DNA from: Ignavibacteria bacterium UBA2333
Lineage (GTDB): Bacteria > Bacteroidota > Ignavibacteria > Kapaibacteriales > Kapaibacteriaceae
Reading direction: 5' to 3'
Assembly (NCBI GenBank): GCA_002344895.1
Contig: DDUR01000061.1
Span: 125,569-189,568, forward strand
DNA: 64,000 nt
A program made the position numbers and the translations under genes. The notes below the pieces were generated by a model that was not told the DNA's origin, ran no database searches, and was given only the letters and a program-made list of their open reading frames with translations. Below are positions 47,833 to 64,000 of this stretch, piece by piece (within the stretch, counting starts at the first letter, position 1; each line of letters begins with the position of its first letter).

Positions 47833-48977
47833 CGGGATTCTACATCCACGTACCGTTCTGCGACAAGAAGTGCTCGTATTGTGACTTCTACAGTATCGAG
47901 TCCGTTGGACTCATTGAACGATATGTCGATACCGTCATCCGCGAGATCGAACGTCGGGCAGACACCGTGCCAGGACCGATAACATCGGTGTTTTTTGGTG
48001 GTGGGACACCTTCGCTCCTTTCGCCCCTTCAACTTCAACGCATCATCGACACGATTCTCCGGGAGACACGGATTACCTCGGATGCAGAATGGACAATGGA
48101 ATGTAATCCTGGTACGGTCTCACTATCGTCACTTACGGCCTACCGCTCCTCTGGTATCAATCGCCTTAGTTTCGGAGTTCAATCAATTCATGCAGACGAA
48201 CTGACGTTTCTTGATCGCATCCATACTGCGGATCAAGCTTTTGAAGCTGTCGATCTGGCACGTCGTGCTGGATTCGACAATGTCAACGTTGACGTGATGT
48301 TTGCCCTACCGAATCAGTCAGCAGAAAAGTTATCGGCAACACTAGATCAAATCCTTCGCCTTGAGCCCGATCATGTAAGTGCGTACTCTCTTATTTATGA
48401 ACCCGGTACACCTCTCTATGCTCGAATGAAGAAGGGTCTTGTTGTCCCGGAATCCGAAGAGCATGATGCCGAACTCTATGCTCTCGTTATCGAACGTCTT
48501 GTGTCGGCTGGTTACGAACAATATGAAGTAAGCAACTTCTCGCGTAATGGAGCTACGTGCCGACACAACCTAACCTATTGGCATGGCCTCCCATATGTGT
48601 CGGTAGGCCCAAGCGCTCACGGGTTTGTTGGTGACGTTCGGTACTGGAATCTTCGATCTCTTACGGCATGGACGGAAGCTGTTGACAAAGGTGAACTTCC
48701 TGAGGCGAATCGCGAAAGACTCACACAGTTTGACAAGATTGTCGAGTTAGCCTTCCTTACTCTGCGAGCCGATGGAGTACCACTCTCAAAATTTCATCGC
48801 GACTATGGAATCGATGTCGTTGCAGCACTCGGTCCGCAACTTGGATACTGGCTTGACGCCGAGTTTGTCACACTGAATGCACAAACACTTCGACTCACCT
48901 CAAAGGGCTACGCTGTTTGTGATGAGCTTACCGTGAAGCTCGTTGGCGCAATCGAATCGGCCCTACTCGCCTCGTAA
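47829..48977 (+). CDS. hemW: Radical-SAM heme chaperone HemW (HemN-like, oxygen-independent coproporphyrinogen-III-oxidase family).
   Basis: The sequence YIHVPFCDKKCSYCDF carries the CxxxCxxC radical-SAM motif. The length is about 380 aa. Confidence 0.85.
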   Translation: MTGFYIHVPFCDKKCSYCDFYSIESVGLIERYVDTVIREIERRADTVPGPITSVFFGGGTPSLLSPLQLQRIIDTILRETRITSDAEWTMECNPGTVSLSSLTAYRSSGINRLSFGVQSIHADELTFLDRIHTADQAFEAVDLARRAGFDNVNVDVMFALPNQSAEKLSATLDQILRLEPDHVSAYSLIYEPGTPLYARMKKGLVVPESEEHDAELYALVIERLVSAGYEQYEVSNFSRNGATCRHNLTYWHGLPYVSVGPSAHGFVGDVRYWNLRSLTAWTEAVDKGELPEANRERLTQFDKIVELAFLTLRADGVPLSKFHRDYGIDVVAALGPQLGYWLDAEFVTLNAQTLRLTSKGYAVCDELTVKLVGAIESALLAS

Positions 48978-50165
48978 TGCCTCTGAGATAACAGACCGAG
49001 ATGCTCTGCGTGCTGGATATACTGCGGCACCAATGGCCAAGAGTAGACCAACCGTTGAAATCGCGACAACGTCAAAAACATGGACATCCATGGGGAGCGA
49101 AGAGATAATGTAGCCCTGTGATTGGTCAAAGGATATCCAACCAAAATGTTGTTGGCCCAGTGCAAGGGCTGTACCGATTATCATTCCAAGACCAGTTCCA
49201 GCAACACCGATAAAGAGTCCTTGCCAGAGATATATCGTACGAATATTCTCAGCTGTGAGACCTAACGTACGAAGGACAGCAATGTCCTTTCGTTTTTCAA
49301 CGACAGTCAAGGTTAACGACACGAGAATATTAAACGCTGCTACAACAACAATGAGCGCTAGGACGATAAAGGTGCCAATACGTTCGAGCTTCATTGTGTC
49401 GGTAAGACCGCGGTGCAAATCTTCCCACGTTACAACGCGCTGCTGTGGGAAGGCACTCTGGAGTTGCGCTGCAATGGTAGCTGCGTCCTGTCGATTGGAT
49501 ACGGTGACATCAATGACAGATCTTTGGAAACCGCGACCGAGTTCAACAATCGTTAACGAGTCAGTATACACTTGTGTATAGTCAATCTCCCTCGAGGCAT
49601 TGGACTGGAAAACTCCGCGAACGATTGCTGGTCGGCCTGTAGGGACGATCATCGTACGAAGTGCACGTTCAATCATTGCCGGCGACAATAACCGGACCGT
49701 GTCACCAACGTAGAGGCCCATTGTTTCTGCAATACCTGCGGCGACAACTACAGATGGCATCCCATCATGAGGCCGTGTCATAGGAGTACCGATAATCGTC
49801 TTGTCCTGCAGACCATGCATTCCATGTTCATACGATGCCGAAACGCCCCATCCTTCTGCAACCTGTGCAGAACCATGATGCTCAACGATCAGTCGTGATG
49901 AGACGAGTGGCACGGCGGTGATGACTGATGGCACAACCCTGCGTACTGCTTCAACGTCGGTACTACCTTCAATTCGGACATGAGGTCCGAATCCCGTCAT
50001 AAGATCTGCAGCAAGGTTCCTGAAACCATTAAACAACGACATGACCACAATCAGTGCGGCCGTGCCGATGATTATACCGACCGTGCTCGACACCGTGATT
50101 ATGGTAATAAAACCAAGTCTACGGGGTCGAACTGTTCGTAATGCTATGCGGAACGGTACGTTCAT
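48963..50165 (-). CDS. Permease of the FtsX/LolC/LolE family (lipoprotein-releasing ABC transporter permease-like).
   Basis: An N-terminal TM helix is followed by a large periplasmic domain and three C-terminal TM helices. The length is 400 aa. Confidence 0.7.
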   Translation of the reverse strand: MNVPFRIALRTVRPRRLGFITIITVSSTVGIIIGTAALIVVMSLFNGFRNLAADLMTGFGPHVRIEGSTDVEAVRRVVPSVITAVPLVSSRLIVEHHGSAQVAEGWGVSASYEHGMHGLQDKTIIGTPMTRPHDGMPSVVVAAGIAETMGLYVGDTVRLLSPAMIERALRTMIVPTGRPAIVRGVFQSNASREIDYTQVYTDSLTIVELGRGFQRSVIDVTVSNRQDAATIAAQLQSAFPQQRVVTWEDLHRGLTDTMKLERIGTFIVLALIVVVAAFNILVSLTLTVVEKRKDIAVLRTLGLTAENIRTIYLWQGLFIGVAGTGLGMIIGTALALGQQHFGWISFDQSQGYIISSLPMDVHVFDVVAISTVGLLLAIGAAVYPARRASRSVISEALRGE

Positions 50166-52285
50166 CGACCCTTTCGTGCGGCCATCAGGATCTTCTGCAC
50201 GCGGATACCATCTTCCTTGACGGGTACACGTTGATACGAACCGTCTGTTTGCAGAATCCGCGCCTTCACCGAATCGTCGAGATACGACTGTAACGACTCG
50301 CGAAGGCGTTTCCCTATGCGCTGATCAAGAATCGGGAACAACAATTCTACGCGCCGCTCCATGTTACGCGTCATCCAGTCTGCAGACGAGATGAAGGTCT
50401 CGGCCTCTCCGCCGTTTCGGAACCAGAAAATGCGAGAATGTTCGAGGAATCTGTCGAGGATACTGCGAACGGTAATGGTCTCACTCACGCCGGGGACACC
50501 AGGGCGCAGACAACAAACGCCCCGTACAATCAGATCAATCTTCACACCTGCTGCCGAAGCAGCGTAGAGTTCACGGATGATAATCGGGTCAATGAGTGCA
50601 TTCATCTTTGCAATGATATGCCCCTTTCGCCCCTTAGACTGATGATCGGCTTCTCGCCTGATAAGTTCGATAAATCGGTCGCGGAGGTTTACAGGAGCAA
50701 CACCAATCCGCTGCCAATTACGATAGCGTGAATACCCAGTTAGAAGATTAAACAAGTGTACAAAATCACGCTCAAACTCCTGGCGTCCTGTGAAAATGCC
50801 AATGTCCGTATAGATCCGTGATGTTGTCAGGTTGTAGTTGCCCGTGCTTACATGGGCATACGTAAGAACATTCCGACCTTCTTTTCGGATGACGAGACAA
50901 ACCTTACAATGTGTCTTTAGGCCCATAACGCCGTACACGACGTGAACACCAGATTGTTCGAGCTCACGAGCCCATTGGATGTTGTTCTCTTCATCAAAGC
51001 GGGCCTTCAGTTCAACAAAGGCCGTCACATTCTTTCCATTTATGGCAGCTCGTTTTAGTGCCTGGATTACTGGCGATTTACCGCCTGCTCGATAGAGTGT
51101 AATCTTCATGGCGAGCACATGCGGGTCATCTGCTCCCTGTTCGATAAACTTCACAACTGAATTTGTAAAAGAATCGAATGGGTGATGGACCATGATATCC
51201 TGCTCACGAAGGATATCAAAGATGTTTGTTCCGTCCTGAGCAAACTCAGGTAACACTCTCGACGTAAACGGAGGATCCTTGAGCTTGCGTTTGTCGAGCG
51301 ACATGAGCGTCAGAAAGTCCTGCAAGTTGAGCGGCATGTCTACGTGGTAGACATCCTGCTGATCAAGATCCAATGAGCGCAGTAGATAGGTAAGGAGCGA
51401 ACGGGGCATGTCTCGCTCCACTTCCAGGCGAACAGCATCGGTACCCCAACGACGTTGGCGGATTCCTTCGGCAACGGCTGTGATTAGGTCATTCGCCTCG
51501 TCTTCTGCAATCTCGACATCTGCGTCGCGCGTAACGCGGAAGATGTGACTCGACTGCAGACGAAGTCCGGGAAACAAAATCCCGGCATGAGCACGAATAA
51601 TATCCTCAAAAAGGATAAAATATGTTCCACCTGGCCGGCTCACACGGACAAGGCGCGGAAGCGCTGATGGCAGCTGAAGGACAGCTATACGTGTCTCATC
51701 CTCATCATCGGCGTTCGTATCAACGAGGGTAAAGGCAATTGTCAGAATTCTGTTGAGCAGCCGCGGGAAGGGGTGGCCGGGATCGAGAGCGAGCGGCGTA
51801 AGGACAGGCATGATGTTGTCAACAAAGTCCTGCTCAAACTCATGGCGCTCCTCTTCTGTGAGCTCGTCAAACGACAGAATAGATATTCCTTCCTTCCGCA
51901 GGGAGGGAATGATGTCTGTGTGATACAGGCTCGACTGCCAGGCATAGAGCGGAATCAACCGCTCCCGAATCAGCTTCATCTGCTCTGTAGGCGTCATACC
52001 GTCCGGCGAGAGTTCGGTGACACCGGAATAGATCTGCTCCATGAGGCCGGCAACGCGGATCATGAAGAACTCATCGAGATTAGTCGAGAAGATGCTGAGG
52101 AACTTCACACGTTCCAGAAGTGGATGTGAAGCATCAGCAGCCTCTTCGAGGACACGACGGTTAAACTCGAGCCAGGAAATCTCCCGATTTAAATAGAGGG
52201 TCTCATCATCGAGATCGACAACGGTCACCGGGTGGTCGGCAACGCCATTTGTCGTAAGTGCTTTTGCTGTCTTCTTGCGGGCCAT
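50162..52285 (-). CDS. ppk: Polyphosphate kinase 1.
   Basis: The sequence ...YLNREISWLEFNRRVLEEA... matches PPK1, and the length is about 700 aa. I placed the start at the Met of MARKKTAK. Confidence 0.9.
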   Translation of the reverse strand: MARKKTAKALTTNGVADHPVTVVDLDDETLYLNREISWLEFNRRVLEEAADASHPLLERVKFLSIFSTNLDEFFMIRVAGLMEQIYSGVTELSPDGMTPTEQMKLIRERLIPLYAWQSSLYHTDIIPSLRKEGISILSFDELTEEERHEFEQDFVDNIMPVLTPLALDPGHPFPRLLNRILTIAFTLVDTNADDEDETRIAVLQLPSALPRLVRVSRPGGTYFILFEDIIRAHAGILFPGLRLQSSHIFRVTRDADVEIAEDEANDLITAVAEGIRQRRWGTDAVRLEVERDMPRSLLTYLLRSLDLDQQDVYHVDMPLNLQDFLTLMSLDKRKLKDPPFTSRVLPEFAQDGTNIFDILREQDIMVHHPFDSFTNSVVKFIEQGADDPHVLAMKITLYRAGGKSPVIQALKRAAINGKNVTAFVELKARFDEENNIQWARELEQSGVHVVYGVMGLKTHCKVCLVIRKEGRNVLTYAHVSTGNYNLTTSRIYTDIGIFTGRQEFERDFVHLFNLLTGYSRYRNWQRIGVAPVNLRDRFIELIRREADHQSKGRKGHIIAKMNALIDPIIIRELYAASAAGVKIDLIVRGVCCLRPGVPGVSETITVRSILDRFLEHSRIFWFRNGGEAETFISSADWMTRNMERRVELLFPILDQRIGKRLRESLQSYLDDSVKARILQTDGSYQRVPVKEDGIRVQKILMAARKGR

Positions 52286-52369
52286 GAAGGGTGAAAACCG
52301 TGGGTAGTTCCAATGCGCGGGAATCACGGCAAATCTAGCCCTTTGGGCGTGGACGGCTATGTAAACATT

Positions 52370-53989
52370 TTACTCACCAACGTAGACGACGGCCGTTTCT
52401 CGGATCACGCTTGTCGATGTCGCGTCGATTGCTTCCACAATGGCTACATACCGTCCACTCGCAACACGCAGTCCCCCATCGTCGGTACAATCCCATGCGA
52501 CCGTGGCCTCGGCACCGGACCATTCGGAATTCACGAGGGTGCGAATAGGACGTCCTGCAAGGTCGACAATCTTCAGGCCAACAATGCACCGTTGCAGAGG
52601 CACGGACCATGTTATCTGACATGGAAACCGCACATCGTACGGAGAGCCACTGCACGGAGTTGGCGAAACGGACAACTGGCCATCCATGGGAGGTGATTGT
52701 GCCGTCCCGGTTCCGGGTGTACCTCCACGAAAGTCGGCCGACGTTTTCCATGATCGAGGATCGGTACCGAGCCATGTTGGTCCTTGTCGCTCAAGAGATA
52801 CATTACGGCTGCGTTCCAGAAGTGCGTCGTGATACCTCGTATCGTAGATGGCAACGTCAACCACATATCCCGAAGGTGTTCTAAGAGTAATGGTGTCAGA
52901 ACTATTTGGTAAGGACAGGCGAGGTGATGTTAGTGACCACCGGACCCTATCGGATGGTGAGAGTAAGGTGAGTAGTGATGAATCAGCAGCGACGACACCG
53001 TATCCATTTGGTGGAAGAACAAGAGCTCGAATTGTCGTAGATCGTACCGTCCATGATGAAACGTCGACGAACTCAGATGTTGTATTCAGAATCTCGACAT
53101 AGTCTGGTCGATCTTCGTCCGTATCGAACATAATCTCGGAGATCACAATCGTACCAGGAGGTGGTGGTAGGATCTGCTGTTGGCGTATGGTGTCATTCGC
53201 CGTTCGATCATCACCCTCATTCAAACACGCTTCGACGGTAACGTTTGTTGGTGTTGTAATGGCAAGTGCTGATGCCACTTCGTCGATCGACACAGTTGTT
53301 CGGAAAAGACGCTGAGCAACATCGGCGACGGTTGCAAGCGACGGAACATCAACAACACGGCTGTATGTTCTGGAAGAAGAGCGAACCTCAAGGGTCAGCT
53401 TGCGCGGAGGAGAACGCTGCATTCCATGCTGGAGTACATCAACCGATAACGATCGATCGGCAGGTAGTATCTGAGCAACACGAACATCGTGTTGCAACAG
53501 CACAACGCTATTGAGGTAGCCGCACGTAGCACTATCTGCAGAAAGTGACGTTTGCCACAGACCACTATCGGTCCTTTCAAACGACCTGCCACGTCCAGAC
53601 GACGGAATACTGTACTCAACAGAGTCGATACCGGTGGTGTCTCCTGACGAAGACAGACGATACAGTCGCACGGCATCGGTAGTATTGTTCAGCGAAGGAA
53701 TACGCGCTTCAAGCAGAACAGCTGATGAGGGAATCGGTCGCGACTCTCGAAGAGCAAGTGTATCACGTGTTATCACCACAAAGGTTGACTCGGGTAACGA
53801 CTGCGTGATCTCGAAGGACGTACAGGTACGATTATCACATACCACGTATACACCAGCTGACACCGGACGCGTTGTTACCAACTCCACCCATTCCGGTTCA
53901 CCGGCTGCTGGTGTCGCGTAAATCTCGCTGATAAGAAGGGCAGGTAAGGCGCAAAGGGGGCTCATACTGTCGTTGTGGATGTACGGCAT
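52370..53989 (-). CDS. Secreted protein with two lamin-tail (LTD) domains and a T9SS C-terminal sorting domain.
   Basis: Two LTD signatures are present (ISEIYATPAAGEPEWVELV and VISEIMFDTDEDRPDYVEILN). The C-terminus LKIVDLAGRPIRTLV...WDCTDDGGLRVASGRYVAIVEA...VVYVGE matches the Por secretion tail pattern. The longer ORF, running to 54106, crosses the upstream repeat array and is probably not translated there. Confidence 0.55.
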   Translation of the reverse strand: MPYIHNDSMSPLCALPALLISEIYATPAAGEPEWVELVTTRPVSAGVYVVCDNRTCTSFEITQSLPESTFVVITRDTLALRESRPIPSSAVLLEARIPSLNNTTDAVRLYRLSSSGDTTGIDSVEYSIPSSGRGRSFERTDSGLWQTSLSADSATCGYLNSVVLLQHDVRVAQILPADRSLSVDVLQHGMQRSPPRKLTLEVRSSSRTYSRVVDVPSLATVADVAQRLFRTTVSIDEVASALAITTPTNVTVEACLNEGDDRTANDTIRQQQILPPPPGTIVISEIMFDTDEDRPDYVEILNTTSEFVDVSSWTVRSTTIRALVLPPNGYGVVAADSSLLTLLSPSDRVRWSLTSPRLSLPNSSDTITLRTPSGYVVDVAIYDTRYHDALLERSRNVSLERQGPTWLGTDPRSWKTSADFRGGTPGTGTAQSPPMDGQLSVSPTPCSGSPYDVRFPCQITWSVPLQRCIVGLKIVDLAGRPIRTLVNSEWSGAEATVAWDCTDDGGLRVASGRYVAIVEAIDATSTSVIRETAVVYVGE

Positions 53990-54002
53990 CACAATGTGAC
54001 AG

Positions 54003-54077
54003 TCCGGGGCAATTCTCCGGGAGAAATCTCCGGGAGAAATCTCCGGGACAATTCTCCCGGAGAATTCTCCGGGAGAA
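54003..54077. repeat. Tandem array of about 5 copies of a 13–14-bp palindromic unit (TCTCC-N-GGAGA half-sites, e.g. CTCCGGGAGAAAT).
   Basis: This is a direct read of AATTCTCCGGGAGAAATCTCCGGGAGAAATCTCCGGGACAATTCTCCCGGAGAATTCTCCGGGAGAAGG. All six frames are open across the array. Confidence 0.8.
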
Positions 54078-54113
54078 GGTGCCGGGGACCTTTTGGCCCC
54101 CGGCACCTTTTGA
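54078..54113. terminator. A strong GC-rich hairpin followed by a T-run, likely an intrinsic terminator (possibly bidirectional) downstream of the GAF gene.
   Basis: The stem is GGTGCCGGGGACC...GGCCCCCGGCACC, 10 bp perfect and extendable to about 13 bp, with a TTTT loop. It is followed by TTTTGA. Confidence 0.55.
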
Positions 54114-54114
54114 C

Positions 54115-54591
54115 TCAGGAGATTCGCCGAGCGATTTTTTCAAACAACGAACGCTCTAGATCAGAAAACCGAGCGCGTAGAGGACTGTCAACATCCAGCA
54201 CACCACGCACACGTCCGTCAGTGATCAGTGGCACAACAATCTCACTCTGTGATGCTGCATCACAAGCGATGTGACCAGGAAAGAGATCGACGTTGTCAAC
54301 GACGATAGTGCGTGCTTCGGCGGCGGCTGTGCCACACACGCCTCGTCCCACCTCAATGCGGATACAGGCCGGTAGTCCGAAGAATGGACCGAGGACGAGT
54401 GTGTTTTCCTTAAGAAGATAGAAGCCAACCCAATTGATGTCGTCTACCGTATGGTGCAAGACACTGGCAATGTTAGCCATGTTCGCAATGAGGTCAGTCT
54501 CATCACCTATTATCGTATCGATGGTTTGATATACAAGATCATACCATTCGCCAGTGTCCGACACACTGTCACGCGGTGGAAGTGTGAACAT
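54115..54591 (-). CDS. GAF-domain protein, like free methionine-(R)-sulfoxide reductase (fRMsr/MsrC).
   Basis: The sequence ...NWVGFYLL...GPFFGLPACIRIEVGRGVCGTAA... is the GAF/fRMsr signature and includes the conserved Cys. The length is 158 aa. Confidence 0.7.
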   Translation of the reverse strand: MFTLPPRDSVSDTGEWYDLVYQTIDTIIGDETDLIANMANIASVLHHTVDDINWVGFYLLKENTLVLGPFFGLPACIRIEVGRGVCGTAAAEARTIVVDNVDLFPGHIACDAASQSEIVVPLITDGRVRGVLDVDSPLRARFSDLERSLFEKIARRIS

Positions 54592-55832
54592 CAGGCGAGC
54601 TTTTTGAAGACGACGATGGCATTATGTCCACCAAATCCGAACGTGTTACTCATGGCAACGGAAATGTCTGCCGTTACGGCCACACCCGCAGCAATAGGTA
54701 CATCGGCCGGCATGTTTTCATCTCGCTCAACAAGATTGATCGTCGGAGGTACAATTCCATCACGCATGGCGAGAATGGTTGCAATACTCTCAACAGCACC
54801 GGCAGCACCGAGCAGGTGACCTGTCATCGACTTGGTTGATGTGACAATGGTCTTCATTCCATCACCGAAGACGTTACGAATGGCCGTAATCTCCGACTCG
54901 TCACCCTTCGGCGTACTCGTTGCATGCGCATTCACATGTTGCACATCAGATGCTTTTAGTCCGGCACGTTCAATCGCCAGGCGCATTCCCTTCGCAGCAC
55001 CCAGTCCCTCCGGATGCGTAGCCGTCATGTGGAAGGCATCTGATGTTTGCGCATGGCCAACAACTTCGCAGAGGATAGTAGCGCCACGCCGAAGAGCATG
55101 TTCGTACTCTTCAACGATTACGGCGCCAGCTCCTTCGCCGATAACAAATCCGTCACGATCCTTATCAAACGGACGAGATGCTCGCTGAGGATCGTCATTC
55201 CGGGTAGAAAGAGCTTTACTCGAGCTAAATCCACCAACGGCACTTTCGGTAATTGCCGCCTCACTTCCACCAGCCACAACGACGTCTGCATATCCCAACA
55301 TCACGTAGATGGCCGCTTCAATGATTGCCGTTGTTGATGTAGCACAGGCAGATACTGGAGCAAAGGTTGGCCCGCGGAATCCATATGTGATACTGATCAG
55401 TCCACTCGGCATGTCGACAATCATCTTCGGCACGAGGAACGGGCTAAACCGTGGAGTACCGTCACCACGAGCATAGTCGGCAATCTGTGCATGGAGTGTA
55501 GAGATGCCACCATTACCACTACCCCAAATGACTCCAACACGATCCTTGTCAATTGTGTCTATGGCGAGCCCCGAATTCCGAATTGCTTCGTCTGCTGCTA
55601 CCAGTGCAAACTGTGTAAATCGGTCCGTATTCTGCACAAGTTTACGATCAAGATGTGCAGATGGATCAAAACCCTTGACCTCGCAGGCAAACTGTACACG
55701 GAATCGAGAAGCATCAAAGAGTGTAATCGGTGCTGCTCCACTTGTTCCAGCTATCATTGCCTGCCAGGTGGATTCGACAGTGTTGCCAAGTGGTGTGATG
55801 GCTCCAAGGCCAGTAATGACGACTCGTTTCAT
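54591..55832 (-). CDS. fabF: 3-oxoacyl-ACP synthase II.
   Basis: The N-terminus is MKRVVITGLGAITPLGNTVESTW. The Cys-His-His KAS active-site contexts are present, and the length is 413 aa. Confidence 0.9.
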   Translation of the reverse strand: MKRVVITGLGAITPLGNTVESTWQAMIAGTSGAAPITLFDASRFRVQFACEVKGFDPSAHLDRKLVQNTDRFTQFALVAADEAIRNSGLAIDTIDKDRVGVIWGSGNGGISTLHAQIADYARGDGTPRFSPFLVPKMIVDMPSGLISITYGFRGPTFAPVSACATSTTAIIEAAIYVMLGYADVVVAGGSEAAITESAVGGFSSSKALSTRNDDPQRASRPFDKDRDGFVIGEGAGAVIVEEYEHALRRGATILCEVVGHAQTSDAFHMTATHPEGLGAAKGMRLAIERAGLKASDVQHVNAHATSTPKGDESEITAIRNVFGDGMKTIVTSTKSMTGHLLGAAGAVESIATILAMRDGIVPPTINLVERDENMPADVPIAAGVAVTADISVAMSNTFGFGGHNAIVVFKKLA

Positions 55833-55913
55833 GGAGAGGGGGGATAGGTGCAGTTGTGCGAAGACGGCTGCGAAAATCGTTCTTTTTTGGGAAACGAGGC
55901 CGTCACTGCTTTG

Positions 55914-63914
<8,001 letters not shown>

Positions 63915-64000
63915 AAGTTCTGCAGGTTGTAGACGAAGTTTACACTGAGGACATTTCTCATCTGAAGAGCTGGACCCGTTGTACCGTCATCGCGAACAAC

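Noticed and set aside
53975-54274. ORFs of 99 aa (plus strand) and 81 aa (minus strand), and the N-terminal 40 aa of the 578-aa ORF, which translate the repeat array as PGEFSGR-type peptide repeats.
   Set aside because: They are open only because the palindromic repeat lacks stop codons in every frame. They have no independent coding support.

Overview
This 64-kb window reads as a densely coding chromosomal segment of an FCB-group (Bacteroidota-like) bacterium. GC looks moderate by eye and I did not compute it.

The taxonomic call rests on three things. At least five proteins end in a type-IX-secretion (T9SS) C-terminal sorting domain. The prolyl-tRNA synthetase is the eukaryote-like type. 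There are tandem SurA-family chaperones, a BamD lipoprotein and a LolE-like permease.

I found no rRNA, tRNA, CRISPR array, transposase or integrase.

Housekeeping genes I recognise with confidence are rpe, cysS, hutI, a mannose-1-phosphate guanylyltransferase, asd, murC, surA, era, ruvB, proS, lepA, three tandem lepB copies, hemW, ppk1, fabF and ligA, plus a family-1 glycosyltransferase.

The accessory content is unusual:
- A tandem pair of paralogous BNR-repeat T9SS proteins.
- A Rossmann–NUDIX fusion protein.
- A secreted RCC1-repeat beta-propeller protein co-transcribed with a large outer-membrane beta-barrel protein.
- Two T9SS cargo proteins, one carrying two lamin-tail domains and one being a roughly 1600-residue LamG-decorated metzincin.
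- An intergenic array of tandem palindromic 13–14-bp repeats followed by a strong hairpin.

The centrepiece is a pair of giant, tightly coupled ORFs of about 1700 and 1428 residues (24.6–34.0 kb). I recognise no conserved catalytic or NTPase motif in either. The first carries a twin-arginine-like signal, a coiled coil of about 100 residues and a Gly-rich amphipathic C-terminal module. The pair is transcribed divergently from the RCC1/OMP operon, across an intergenic region that contains a perfect operator-like inverted repeat. I consider this the best candidate in the window for an undescribed envelope or secreted system. Every functional assignment here comes from reading motifs by eye and needs profile-search confirmation.
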